This document shows, piece after piece, positions 1-13,225 of a stretch of DNA of 64,000 nucleotides. The first letter of the stretch is position 1. Each line of letters begins with the position of its first letter. The stretch is taken from contig NC_087472.1 in the NCBI RefSeq assembly GCF_036321535.1, positions 97,466,001-97,530,000 of the forward strand. Direction: 5' to 3'. The notes beneath the pieces are model-generated. The model was not told the origin of the DNA and did not search any database. It saw nothing but the letters and a program-made list of their open reading frames with translations. The translations under genes and the position numbers were made by a program. The stretch comes from Camelus dromedarius (taxonomy: Eukaryota).

Positions 1-944
1 ATCCCTTTGACCTCTCATTGAGAGGTTAGAGGTTTATCTACCTGTCTACTTGGGTCTTTCAGGTTTCTAGAGCATAGAAGGGGACAAAGGACTCTATGCT
101 GGCTTATTGATCAGAGCCTGATTTTTCTGCCTTTACAGAACTAGCTATATTTCCCCGAACTGAGACCTTGGCTCCACATCTTCCTCTCTTATCTCAGATA
201 AATTTCCCTAGATACAACTTACTTCTCAAGGTGTAGTATTGTTATATCTAAGTTCATGCCATTAGCCCATTCTCCCAGATTATACCACCCATTTGATTTC
301 CACATCTGTCTACAATTATACTAGATTCTGAATCCAGTGAGTTGTATTGCTTGTTGGATCTTACATTTTGCTTTAGGCTTACATTTCAGTTAAGACTTGT
401 TTATATTTTGATTCGGATTATAATTATCCATCGCTTTAGGGCTACTATTTTCGTCAAGGACGTCCCTGTATGCCAACTAACTTATTCTCTTCAGTTTGAT
501 ACTTCATCTGTGCCAGCATGCTGTGTGCCTGCTGCAGCATCCGGGAGCCCTCCTGTGAAACTTTCAGAGACACTGTATTCTTCGTGTCTCTATATAGCCT
601 TTGGCTTTGTTTGTAGAAATGTAGCTGAGTTGGACAAAACTTAACATTCAGGGGATCTGATTAAAAAAACTTAGCTCATTTGCCTCTAAAGAACCAGATC
701 AACTGAATAGTTGCACAGTTCCTGTTCATTTATCCTATATAAGCCAGACTTTTATTTTAGAATGACTGGAATGCAAATATAATTAAATTCCTCACATAGT
801 TTTATATATAACATCTTGTCCTGTTTTCAAAGGATCACATTAAAGCTTAGTCATTACAGTAACCTGGGAATTTGAATCATTTTGTCTATTAAGCTGTATT
901 ATTATGTAGTATTTGATGTTGTCTAAGTCCTTTATGATAATTTG

Positions 945-1120
945 TTTGAATAGTTATTCCTCACAATGATCCTATGATACAGAGCATTACTATCCTATCA
1001 TCTTCCCTCTGTTTTCTTTTGGGAGAAGTAAAAAGCAGGCAGTTTATAACTTGTCATATGTTACCAAGTGAGTCAGTGGCAAAATGGGATTTGAAATCCC
1101 AGTGTCTGTGTCCCTGATCA
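945..1120 (-). mobile_element. MIR SINE fragment
   Basis: Resembles the MIR core in reverse: 'attcctcacaatgatcctatga ... aacttgtcatatgttaccaagtgagtcagtggcaaaatgggatttgaaatcc'. Confidence 0.55.
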
Positions 1121-1559
1121 GTTATTATTTCTGTTCTACCCAGATAACTGTACCATTTCTCTATTTATTGTTTAGTCTGTCATTTCTTACTTCAACAAAA
1201 TCCAGTTAAATTGTTCAGTGTTTTAACTCCCTTCTCCCATACTAATTGTTTCTTCTTTGTTTACATAACTTTATCATGGGCATTAGGTGAAGACTTGTCT
1301 AATAGCAGAAAGATGTATTAAATTATTTCTTTATACCTTTCTAACTTTTTCAGTTTTTGATTTTACCCAGTAAAACTGGATTTTAAAATATATAATATGT
1401 GATGGTCACAAGCTAAATGATCAAGTCTTTAGTCTCCACAATTATTTATATATATTTAATTTTGTGACTATGAAGTAAATTTTATGATAGTGTGATTTGT
1501 CTATAAAGTTATGGAAGCCAGAGATTTTGGCTTGTAATCAGGAAGGGAGTATGATGTGA

Positions 1560-1755
1560 GCAATAGAGATCTTTGGGTTACCGTTATGCCTCTATTTCAT
1601 ACCAGCTATGTGACCTTGGGCAGTAATTTACCCTCTTTAGCCTGTATTCCTCTTCTATTAAATGGAGATAATATTTACCTCATACACTTCTATAATAAAC
1701 CAAAGAAACATATGTTAAAAGTATTCAGTTACCATATAGGGGTTAATAAGCATCT
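1560..1755 (+). mobile_element. MIR SINE fragment
   Basis: MIR core-like 'agctatgtgaccttgggcagtaatttaccctctttagcctgtattcctcttctattaaatggagataata'. Confidence 0.65.
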
Positions 1756-2068
1756 GCTTCCATCAGTCTCATCTTCTAATTGCTTGTATACACCCAGACT
1801 GTAAGTATGGGGCTGATTACTCGTGATGGATGGCCAGCAAATTTTGTTCATTGGCAAAATATTTTCATAGTCAGCCAGAACAAACTTTATTACAGAGTAT
1901 TCTTTAACAAAATTCATTTCCCTGAGGCAAATATTTATAATTATTGAACAGGTATGTCTGTTTTCATTTTTAGAGTTCAAATAATCATTTCAGTGACTTG
2001 GTCCCTTGCAGATTTTTCTTTTCACACAAAGATTTTTATTAACTATAGTAGTTTTAATTATGTTAGAA

Positions 2069-3150
2069 TTTTTTTAAACTTTTTTTATTGAGTTATAGAC
2101 ATTTTACAATGTTGTGTTGATTTCCAGTGTAGAGCACAATTTTTCAGTTATACATGAGCATACATATATTCATTGTTGCATTTTTTCACTGTGGGCTACC
2201 GCAAGATCTTGTATATATTTCCCTGTGATATACAGTATAATCTTGTTTATTTATTCTACATATGCCTGTCAGTATCTACAGATTTCGAACTCCCAGTCTG
2301 TCCTTTCCCACCCCCCAGCCCCTTGGCAACCACAAGTTTGTATTCTATGTCTATGAGTCTGTTTCTGTTTTGTATTTATGTTCTTTTTTATTTTATTTTT
2401 TTTAGATTCTACATATGAGTGATCTCATGTGGTATTTTTCTTTCTCTTTCTGGCTTACTTCACTTAGAATGACATTCTCCAGGGACATCCATGTTGCTGC
2501 AAATGGCGTTATGTTGTCGTCTTTTATGGCTGAATAGTATTCCATTGAATAAGTATACCACAGCTTCTTTATCCAGTCATCTGTTGATGGACATTTAGGC
2601 TGTTTCCATGTCTTGGCTATTGTAAATAGTGCTGCTATGAACATTGGGGTGCAGGTGTCTTTTTGAAGTAGGGTTCCTTCACGATACATACTCAGGAGCG
2701 GGATTCCTGGGTCATATGGTAAGTCTATTCCTAGTCTTTTGAGGAATCTCCATACTATTTTCCACAGTGGCTGCACCAACCTGCATTCCCACCAGCAGTG
2801 TAGGGGGGTTCCCTTTCCTCCACATCCTCTGCAGCATTTGTCATTTGTGGACTTTTGAATGATGGCCATTCTGACTGGTGTGAGGGGATACCTCATTGTC
2901 GTTTTGATTTGCATTTCTCTGATAATTAGTGATATTGAGCATTTTCTCATGTGCCTGTTGATCATTTGTATTTCTTCCTTGGAGAATTGCTTGTTTAGAT
3001 ATTCTGCCCACTTTTGGATTGGGTTGTTTGTTTTTTTCTTATTAAGTCATATGAGCTGCTTGTATATTCTGGAGATCAAGCCTTTGTCGGTTTCATCTTT
3101 TGCAAACATTTTCTCCCATTCCGTAGGTTGTCGTTTTGCTTTGCTTATGG
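2069..3150 (-). mobile_element. Young 5'-truncated LINE-1 (camelid L1-Vpa-like): ORF2 C-terminus, 3' UTR and poly(A)
   Basis: T-tract at the left end. Minus-strand ORF 2402-2965 is the L1 ORF2 C-terminus ([35 protein letters not shown]). The 3' UTR is shared with four other copies in the window. Confidence 0.95.
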
Positions 3151-3264
3151 TCAGATTTTGTTTAAGGGACATATGTGCACAAAAGATACTTGCTATCAAG
3201 AGGAGATACTTGAAAAATGATTTTAGAGTGCATTCTGGAAAAAAGGTCATTTTTATAATGTATT

Positions 3265-3890
3265 ATTTATGATCCAATTTGTTAAATAGAAACTATACTA
3301 CATATTCAACAGAAGGAATTTAATATAGGGAATTGGGTGTACAAGTGTTGGAGGGCCAAAAGAGCAAAAAGAAAATAGTTATACCAAAGATAATAACTTC
3401 AAGAAACATTTACCATCTCTAAGTCTGAGAATATAAAGGAGAAGAAATTGGGGTTGCTAGAACCTAATAAGTAGGGATGGAGATGGGCTGAATTGGAACT
3501 CAGACTTAGGTTACTAGAAACAGTTGTGTGGTGATCTACAGTCTCAGCGGAGGGTCTCAATATAGCTGGAGATCAGACCTCTGAGGGTATAGGAACACCT
3601 GGCTACTTCTGGTTCCTTTGAGTAGATACCATGAGATTGGTGTTCTGGGAATGCCAATGAGAAATTAAACTGAAAAGAGTTGCTGATGCTGGGGCGTAAA
3701 ATAAAACCACAGTCTTTACCCCTACTTTCTGACCTCCCTCTCTCTCTCTCTCTCTCCCCCCCCCTCTCTCTCATATGCTATTAGTTGAATCTAACAGGAA
3801 GCCAAATGGCAAAGGAGTCTAGAAAATACAGTTTTTAGAGTTGCAGCACTTGTAGAATACAAAACAATATATTTGTAGCTGAGGGACAAA
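3265..3890 (-). mobile_element. Old LTR remnant (LTR78/LTR33-like)
   Basis: 'cagaaggaatttaatatagggaattgg' and 'gaatctaacaggaagccaaatggcaaaggagtctagaaaatacagttt' resemble reverse-strand old LTR ends. Heavily diverged. Confidence 0.45.
3737..3772. repeat. (TC)n / C-run microsatellite
   Basis: Read directly from the sequence. Confidence 0.85.
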
Positions 3891-5039
3891 AGAGAAATAA
3901 CTGGTATACGTAACTTAAAAAAATAGCAGTAGCCACAAAAATTCCTTTGGGTTTCAGATAACATTTCTGAAGTCCATCCAAACCCATCAGTATGTGATGA
4001 TAAAGTTACATTCCTTATATGAATTGAGGCTTTTAATAATGACAGAAAATAGGTTGTTATATAACTCTTACATGGACCCCCCCCCAATAAAACCACATTC
4101 ATTTCTAGTGGTCACTTTCTCTTTCCCTTCCTGAATGAAGTATGTTCCAGTATTACTCTGCATCTAAATGAGCAGATTGTTTTTTCTTTGTGAAGCATGT
4201 ATTTCATAAAGCCCAGAAAACTGTAGAACAGCTGAAGATGGGTGTCTTGAAACTCCCAGAGAGATTGTTGAATAAGCAAGCCTCCCTGTGAGCAGGAAGA
4301 TTCTCAGATTACTAGGACTTATTTATTTACTGAATCAGGATGATATTGAGGCATGTAAATACTTCCTTTGAGAATTGTGTAACAGAATCTTATCCCACTT
4401 TCCTGATGTCTCCTCCATTGAATAATCTAGTGTTCTATTGGGCAGCTAGAATTAATGGAGTATAAAATTATTTTCAGTATGCAAACCTGAGCAGTAATGC
4501 TTTTAATGATTTGCTTATTTCAGGGATTGTATATTTGGATTTCAATAAAAATTAAACCTGAAAGAGGTTAGTATTCTCCAATTTTTTTCTTTTTCTAAGT
4601 TGACAAAACAAATATTGAGACAAAATAAAGGAGCTTTAGGAAAAGGAACCTGACCTTAGGTAGCTTAAAGTGATTGGCCATTATCAATTAGTTGATATTT
4701 TAGCAAGTGTTCATCTATTTGGGAGAACTCATGGAGAATTAGCCTTCTTGTTATTTCTGTAGGGGAAAACCAAAATTTTATGTCACTTTGATTTGATGAA
4801 AAAAGAAAATATAGAACTGGAGTATTGTACACTTAAGTAGGTTTGCAGATGTTTTGAATGGGTATATTCAAAGCGCATTGCATAATGGACCATATCAGTA
4901 TTTGTGTGATGGGAGATTTAGACATCCCCCAGTATTTCTACCTTCTCTTCTAGTCTGTTAAATAAAAAATACTCAAAGGGAGGCATAAAAGATATGATGA
5001 TCAATTCTCAGATGTTAAAAATCTGGGGGGAATGGCTAA

Positions 5040-5330
5040 GACTGGATGTCTAACAAGTGTAAAATACTCTTGATAGTTTGGAATGATGAGAGTTAATCAA
5101 GGTGAATTTTAGTGGGATAAATACAAAAGAAAAATATGAAATGTGGGAAATATGATTTAACAGTGGAATTTTTGCAAAAAAACTGATTACAAGAACAAAA
5201 TGATACAGTTATGGAATATGTCTGTCAATAAAGTCAATACTGCTTTGGCCACATCGTGCTGATGTCCATACCAAGGGAGAAAAGAGTCCCACAGCTCTTC
5301 ATATATGAGGTAGCGTGTGAGAAGTAGTCT
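5040..5330 (+). mobile_element. Possible L3/CR1 LINE remnant
   Basis: Faint resemblance to the CR1 3' region ('aaggtgaattttagtgggataaataca ... aaagtcaatactgctttggccacatc'). Confidence 0.3.
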
Positions 5331-5679
5331 CTCTTTCTGGTGATCATCCATATTCTAATCAGTCCACTTATAACCAATTTTTATTGTAACTCCCAAATGC
5401 ACCCTTCTGAAGTGTCTTGACAACTATAGCTAAGTATCTAACTGTTGGTCAGGACTGGTGATTCAGAAACACATTTGTTGGTCTTATTTTACTTCGATCA
5501 AACTTATTATTCATGAGTTTTAGGTGGCAACTGCAGAATGTTTCAGAAGGCTGCCAGACAATGAGTTCCACCCCCTCCCCCATTATGACATCCCTAAGAG
5601 TTTTATAAAATGTCAGATGCCCCATATTCATGAGAATGTATGCACTGGAGCCCCTCTATCAGCAACAATGGCAACAGCA

Positions 5680-5870
5680 GTAACACCATTTATTGTGACT
5701 ATGTGTTGTTGAGTATTTGCCAAGTACACCCAATAATGCATTATGATGATAAGTAAACTAAGGCTTAGGGACATAAGCAATATGCCTAAGGTCACTTAGC
5801 TAGTCAGTGGTGGAACAAGAGCTTACCTTCAGGCCATCTCACTCCAGAACTAGAAGCAGCTCTGCTTATA
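5680..5870 (-). mobile_element. MIR SINE fragment
   Basis: 'gataagtaaactaaggcttagggacataagcaatatgcctaaggtcacttagctagtcagtggtggaac'. Confidence 0.55.
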
Positions 5871-6469
5871 GTTTGGAAAGAGCTAGCACTGGATACAGAA
5901 GGATAAGGTACTAATACATGTGTGTCTGCCTTACCTAATTTGGTACTGAAACACTTTTCCTTTCCTGGGTTTCTACACTTTATCATCTATGAATTGGGTT
6001 GGCTGGATGAAATGGTCAGTAAAGTCTCTTGAAGATTCAATCCTCTAAATCTGCAGTTCTTTGAAAATTTGAATGTCTTTTTTGTTTAACTCAGTGGAAG
6101 TGAAAGTTCAACCAGAACCTGTCTCTGAAAATAATTACTTCTAGGAGAAAATTTCAGTACTAATCTCCCCATTTTTAAAGGCAAATGATAATAAGAACAA
6201 ATGGAATTAACTCCTTGATATAATTTTGAGGAAAGATATCAAACCTTAAGTGTGTAAATTAGAGTTATTTTTGTTTGATTGGATCTCAAAATTATTCTAA
6301 GAGGCTTGGTCTTGTACTCCTATAGATATGTCAAATGGGATTATTTTTAGTTTCTCAGAATTTTGGCTAAAACTCAAAACAAGAAAAAAAAAAAAGGTTA
6401 TAAGTGCCTGCACATTATATAGAGAGCTGTTAACTCAGAAAACTAATATTTGGTTTGAAAAGTCAGTGA

Positions 6470-6625
6470 CTATGAGGGAGCATGACGGGGGCCTTTGTGG
6501 GGCTACTAGTGTTTTAGGTGCTGGTTATATGACTATTAGTTGCAAAAATTCAGTGAGCTGTACATTTATGAGTTGAGCACTTTTCTGTGTTTATGTTGTA
6601 TGTTAATTAAAATTTTACCAAATAA
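6470..6625 (+). mobile_element. Ancient L1 (L1ME-like) 3' UTR end
   Basis: 'tgcaaaaattcagtgagctgtacatttatgagttgagcacttttctgtgtttatgttgtatg' followed by an A-rich end. Confidence 0.5.
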
Positions 6626-7447
6626 AATGTATCAGAGAGTTTGAGCTACTAACAACTTCAGTCACTTACCTCCAGGATATATAAGAGAAGATTAAATAAT
6701 TTAAAATGTTACTGAATTAGATCTTCAAGGTAGAGAGTTGTCAGTCAGCTATAAAGTGCCTGAAATTTGATGACCCTCCCTCCAATATATTTGAGTCTTT
6801 TATCTTCTGTGTCATATATGTATAGTACCAACCAAGAGACTGAAAGTTGCACCAAGATGATTTCAGTTTTGAGTTTTTGCCAAGGAAACCCAATTGAAAA
6901 GTGAAATGGCAAAGCTAATTTCCACTGGTATATTCTAGACACTGAATATCCCCTCCCTAGAGAATCTGCATTCTAAAATAAGACCATTGGGAAAAATAAT
7001 GCAGAAAAACAGAAGGAAATCCTTAGACGATGCAGTATGAGGCACCACAAGGGAAAATATTAAACACTCACTCTGCTTTGCTACAGATTAACCTTTTTTA
7101 TGCTTGGTAAAGTTTTAATATAGACCCAAAGTCCCAATTTTGTGAATACTTATGTATGAATTAATATATTTGAGTATAAATAATTGAGTAGATAAAAAAA
7201 ACCAAGGAATTATGACCATTGTCAAAATTGTATTGAATAGAAAGTATAGGAACTTATTCATCTAACAAGTGTCCTATTGAGGACTTAGAGTGTCCCAGTC
7301 ACTTGGGACGGTGTCATGAACAATAAGTGAAAGACAGTCTCTTCTCTCATGGAATCTTAGATTTGGCAAGGGGTGCATTAAAAAATTGTCACCCAAATCA
7401 TTATTTCATTATAAGCCTGGTTAATGCTGTAAAGCAAAATGTAAGCA

Positions 7448-7600
7448 CAGTCGGCCCTCCGCATCCACAGACGTGGGACCTACAGATACTAAAGGCAGAC
7501 TGTACTACACCATTTTATATAAAGGACTTGAGCATCTGTGGATTTTGGTATCCATGGGAGTCCTGGAACTAGTTACCTACAGATATTGAGGGACGAGTTT
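7448..7600 (-). mobile_element. MER2-like Tigger (TcMar) MITE, internally deleted
   Basis: Starts 'cagtcggccctccgcatcc'. Contains 'cattttatataaaggacttgagcatctgtggattttggtatcc' and ends 'gatattgagggacga', which are inverted MER2-type termini. Confidence 0.8.
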
Positions 7601-10477
7601 GCTTGGTTTCTTTGAGAAAATCATGTTTAAAAAGCATTGGCTATTGTAACCTTAGAATCTTATTTTTTTTAAAAAATACAGAGAAAAATGCCACACAACA
7701 AAGCTTTACCATTACACTCAGTGTTCTTTATTTTGTGTTTGTGTGTGTGTCAAAGAGGTATGGTAATACTAATGTTACTATATATCTGATGATATAAAGA
7801 AAATTCTTTCTCTTTTGAAGAAAACATTTCTATTTATCTTTATATTATTGTGAAAGTTGTGTTTCCATAGCCACAAGCTATTTATTTGGATCAGTTGTCC
7901 TTAATTGACATAGAGGTTGCAATTTGGCAAGAATCAATAGTTTTGCCAATTAACTGAACTTAATTTCTAAATGAGTCAATGTTAAAGTTAGTTTTCAGTA
8001 ATGAACTCCTATCTTGGCTTCATGTTTGTTTTCTATTTCAGTATAATGCATGGCTGAAGAACACTTAGATACAGATTAAGTTCTATATTATTCTGCTTTT
8101 AACTTTTTTTTCAGGAAAAACAAAATCTTAAATACTTTTTAATCACTGTATTTTCTAAATACTCACAAAACCTACTGCATAGGATATTTATTTAAAATGA
8201 TTATAGGTTTCTTAGAAATAAAGACAGTTGATGATGAAGATGGGCCCAAATACCCAAATTGTAAATTCAGAATTATGCTGTCTCCTGATGACTTATTCTG
8301 GGTTTATTCACTGAAAACAAAGTTTGTTGATCAACATTCAAGTTCATTGGGCATCTATTTTTGGTTTACTTGCCAAAATGCTGTGATTCTTGCTATTAAA
8401 ACAATATGTAAATTTCATGCGATAAAATATTATCCAGTGATCACAAACAACTTTATGAGGAGATATTTAATCAGCCATCCATCCCCATTTTTTTTTTTAC
8501 TGTGTGAAATCCTTTTCTGAGGAGCATTTGACACCTCTGAACGTCACAATCTGTTATATATGGTTAAATTTGTCTCATGTTATATAATATATAATATTCT
8601 ATTATTCTCACTTGGTAATCCTTTTGATATTTTTTTCCTCATTGGTCATTGTGACCAGTGTCTTTTGGAAAATTGTTAAATTTGTTTTTGTTACTTTAGG
8701 TCATACAGCTTCACTGCAAAGTAAAGAAAGTAAGCAAACAAAACTATTTCCTTGTCTTCTGCTGACCTCCAGATTCTTCTCCTAACATTACCCTGTATAA
8801 TCAGGTCTGAACTCCCCTAAGCCTCACAGGTCTGTGACTATAGATGAACAGTGATCTATCCATTGTTGATGGCTTCTTCTATCAGTGGTAATGGAGCACC
8901 TTTATCCACAAGTCATCCCCTTTCCCTCACTGCCTAATATTCTTGTCCAGGACTGGAAGTCCCCAGGACTTCTTTGGAAGCTCAGGAACTATAGATCTGG
9001 GAATATATCTTTGGTTAACCTCATCCTTCCTCAGCTACCTTCTTTCCTATAATTAGGAGTTGTCTGTGAAGTCACTTGAAGATGGCACCTCATCACTGCC
9101 ATTGTTTTCAGTACCTTTCACAAAAACGCTGATGTCTGGACCAAGAGGGTTGTTACTCATTATTCACAATGAGAGATCCTTAAGGTGCCAAGGAGGTTTC
9201 GTGTTCCTGAGAGTTCTCTGGGACCTGAGATGAGGAGAATGGTTATTAACCCTTCTTTTTCATATTTTGTTACAAGGCACCAAACCAGCATTTCTTATGA
9301 TACCATTGTCACTCAGAATTCCTCATAAAAACAAGTGAAATCCCTTTGTGTGTCTCCATCCCACTCACATAAGTGTTGCCATGTCACTGGGCGTTTTGGC
9401 TTGGAAATTAACGTTTTAGAAAAAATTCTATCTAGCCTTTACCATCTCAGTTCCTACACCCGCCTCCCATAGGATGAACACCCTGCTCCACAACAAACCT
9501 CATGACTTTAGGCAAAGTGTGGCATACAAATAAACTAAAGGGATTCTTAGCAGCCTTACCCACTGCTAATGAGACACTTGAACAAGTAGGGAGTTTCTCT
9601 TTATTATCATACCCTCCTCTCATGCTCAGTTCATGTTTAAAACCACTTCATTCTTTGCCTTATTTCCCCAAAGCCAACTCTTATCAGTTTAAAGCTCCAA
9701 TGTATCAGTATCTGACCTTCATTTAAAACGTGATAGATACAACATAGCCAAGACAATCATAAAACAAGTTAAAATAAATAATTCCAGGAACCAACAAGGC
9801 TTATAGGTTCTTAGAAGATTTACTGAATCCATGGTCTACCCCAACATCATGAGAGTATGTAATTTCTTTTCCAAAGCGGTCAATTTTCATGAACACTCAT
9901 AGAAGATAAATCTCTGTATTAAAACATTGTCTCTAATTTTAAGTTCAGCTGACTCCAAATTCATACCCTCACACCTATCACCCTCACAATGCACATTATA
10001 GTAGTGGTTGTATCCCCATTGCCTATCAAGAGAAAAGGAAGTATGAAACTGGAAATATGACCTTCCTTCACAAGACAGAGGAGGTACACACATCCTCGTA
10101 AAAGCACAGTATCAATAGGTAAGGTAAGCATCCATGTTTTGAGGAAATATGAGTAAAGTAAATAATTCTAGCTAAGTTTTAAAACCTTAATCACAAAAGA
10201 AGATAACAAGATAAAAAGGGATGTAGCATGCTGTTATGATTGCAAGATGTTTCTGATTTATAATACTACACTCTAAGAAGCAAAAGGTTAAAAGAGATAG
10301 ACCAAAGTGGGTTTGAAATAGCCACTGATCACAGCTGAGTAATCCATAAAAAATATATATGCCTGAGTAATATGCTCTATAAAGTTCCCCAAAGATAAGG
10401 ATACTGATGTAGAAATGGAGGAACAAACCATAAGAACCATATTATAGCAACTATTCTCAAGACACAAAGATTTAAAG

Positions 10478-10666
10478 CAGTGGTTCTCAAAGTATGATCC
10501 TGGACCCAGCAGCATTACCTGGGAATTTGTTAGATATGCAAATCCTGATATTGTTCCCGAGACTTAATGATTTAGAAACTCCAGGGGTGGGGCCCAGAAA
10601 TCCATGTTTAATCTGTTAATCTTCCTCCTTGTCATTCTGATACATGCTTAAAATTGAGAACCACTG
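10478..10666 (+). mobile_element. MER5A hAT-Charlie MITE
   Basis: Perfect TIRs cagtggttctcaa / ttgagaaccactg; 189 bp long; degenerate 8-bp TSD atttaaag / gtttagag. Confidence 0.9.
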
Positions 10667-11299
10667 GTTTAGAGACAATTTATAAATGATTTACTTATAT
10701 GTATAAACATTGGCTAGTTGTCTAGGTTTAAGAATCTACAGAGATAAAAGAGGCATACAGCAAAACTCATGCTCTTTACGGTCATAAAACTTGGTTAAGA
10801 AACAACAAATAATTTACAGATTTTTAGAAATCCAATGCAACAAAAAGGAAAATGATATAGAGCAGTCAGGTTTAGATTAACTTCTAATTTCATAGAATTG
10901 AATATTCCTAATGCACTTCCAGAAGAAAGAAAGATCACTTCCTCCTGGTAGGATTCAGAAAGACTGCTAAGAGGAAGTGATGGTTAGGACTGTTAGGAGG
11001 GTTTTGAATGGAAATTATCGAAGTTAGGAAGTTAAAGGGAAAGTAAGAGGGGACATTCAAGAGTTGGAGAAAGTACAAATAGTATTTCGATGACTGAAGT
11101 GATTAGTTAATTGAAACAGAAGTTTTGTGTTCGTTCAAGACATAAGGAAAGAGGTTCAACCTTGCCCTTAGAGTTTAGCCTTGGAATTTATTGGTATCTT
11201 TGTAGCATATGATGCTTTGAAAATTTTTCTTTAAATATTTTATCCAGTATTTGTTTTAAGTAGGAGGGTGGTCTGAATAAGTTGTTCTACCATTCCTGG

Positions 11300-11430
11300 A
11301 AATGGATCTTGAATAACTTAATAAGATGTCAGCTGTATTTAAGTCACTGTACTAGACTGAAGAGGTACAAAGCTGAACTAGATGCACTCCCTGCTCTCAA
11401 GCTTAAGGTCTCCTAGAAAAGATGGTACAG
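11300..11430 (-). mobile_element. L2 3' remnant
   Basis: 'aagtcactgtactagactgaagaggtacaaagctgaactagatgcactccctgctctcaag'. Confidence 0.4.
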
Positions 11431-11569
11431 TGTGATGTATTATACTTTGGGCATGTAGGGTTTACTGATTTTATACTGTTTGAGATCTAATGATTGGGTG
11501 TTCACTATATTAGATCTCTACTACAAAATAAAAGATTTAAGGCAATTATTTAGGTTACCGACCCATTAG

Positions 11570-11975
11570 AATATGTACACTCATTGGTTTTTACCCAAAA
11601 TGTTGAAAACTTATGTCCACGTAAAAACTTTCACACAGACATTTATAGCAGCTTTAGTCATAATTGCTAAAACTTACAGGCAACCAAGATGTTCTTCAAT
11701 AAGTGAACAGATAAATATACTGTGGTATATCCAAACAATGGAATATTACTCAGCAGTAAAAAGAAATGAGCTATCAAGGCATGAGAAGGCACGGAGAAAC
11801 CTTAAATGCATATTACTAAGTGAGAGAAGCCAGTCTGAAAAGGCTACATACTGCTTGATTCCAACTATATGACATTCTGGAAAAGGCAAAACTGTGGAGT
11901 CAGTAAAGAGATCAGTGGCCTGCCAGGGGTTAGGAGTGGAGGGATGAATAGGCACAGCACAGAGGACTTGCAGTG
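11570..11975 (+). mobile_element. L1MC-like fragment (ORF2 end and start of 3' UTR)
   Basis: ORF 11573-11872 (FIAALVIIAKT...WYIQTMEYYSAVKRNE...LLSERSQ); UTR 'gacattctggaaaaggcaaaactgtggag'. Confidence 0.85.
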
Positions 11976-12410
11976 GGGAACCTCCATACTGTTTTCCATA
12001 GTGACTGCACCATCTACATCAAACTAAAAAGCTTTTGCACAACAGAGTAAACAGCAGAATGAAAAGCAACCTATGGAATAACAGGAAATATTTGAAAAAC
12101 AAAAATATAATAAGGGCTTAATATCCAAAAAAATAAGAGACTCCTACAACTCAACAAAAAATAAACAATCTGATTACAAAATGGGCAAAAGACTTGAATA
12201 ACCATTTCTCTGAAGAAGATATACAAGTGGCAGACAGGTTTATGAAAAGGCGCTCAACATCACTAATTATCAGGGAAATGAAAGTCAGAATCACAATGAG
12301 ATATCACTTCACACTTGTTAACAATGGTTCTTCTCAAAAAGAAAAAAACATAATGAGTGTTGACAAGGATATGAGAAGATTGGAACTCTTGTACATTGTT
12401 AGTAGGAATT
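11976..12410. mobile_element. L1 ORF2 fragment with an internal inversion (short minus piece joined to a plus piece)
   Basis: 11976-12018 is antisense to the [14 protein letters not shown] region. From 12015 the plus strand reads YIKLKSFCT... through FSEEDIQ...MRYHFT (ORF 12194-12424). Confidence 0.75.
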
Positions 12411-12414
12411 TTAC

Positions 12415-13225
12415 GGACTTTTAAATTCAAATATAACATACATAGACAGCAGTGAAAACCAAGTGTTCAGAGAGTTTTACAAAGTAAACACACCCTTGTA
12501 AACGTACCAGAAGCAGAAACAGACCGTGAACAGGGCTCTTGAAGCCTCTGTTGTTTTCTCTTCTGATCACCACCACCACTTCCTGGCCAGAGATAACCAC
12601 TGCCCTGACTTCACCATGGGATAGTTTTGCCCTTCTGAATTTTATATAAATGGAATAATAGAGCATGTATGCTTTTGAGTCTGGCTTTCCCCACCACATG
12701 TTGTGAGATTCACGTATAGCAGTATATCATTAATTTTCACTTTTGTATAATATACCATTGTTTGATCCTATCCAAATTATTTATGCATTCTACTATGACA
12801 AGACATGTAAGATTCTTACAGTTTTTGCTTGTAATGAATGAAGCTGCTATTAACACTGTAGTAGATGGATTTGGGAGGCATATATTGGAAATTTATTTAG
12901 ATATGCCTGTGGTCCACTTGTATAGACACTGAGAATCATTTTTACATAGTAGTTTAGCTCTTTTACATGGACTCTTAGCAAGAGTTTATGGAAATCCTAC
13001 TTGTCTCATATCCTCATAATATTTAATATTGTCAGTCTTCTTAAAAATTTTGTCATTCTCTTGGCTATACAGTAATGTTCTATGGTGGTATTAATTTGCA
13101 TTTCTCTGACTAATGATGTGCAGCACCTTTCTATATATTATTGGATACTTAGATACCCCTTCTCATGCCTGTTTAAATATTTGCCCATTTTGCTATTACG
13201 TGGTGTTTCTGTTGTTGATTTGTAG
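12415..13225 (-). mobile_element. Ancient L1 (L1ME-like) 3' region
   Basis: 'agagataaccactgccctgacttc', 'tttatataaatggaataatagagcatgtatgcttttgagtctggcttt' and 'ttaatttgcatttctctgactaatgatg'. Confidence 0.75.

Noticed and set aside
342..644. 100-aa ORF with a few CpGs
   Set aside because: It starts at TTG, has no recognisable domain and has too few CpGs for an island.
10030..10130. Tandem splice-donor-like 'aggtaaggtaag'
   Set aside because: No supported upstream acceptor or coding frame; isolated donor motifs are frequent by chance.
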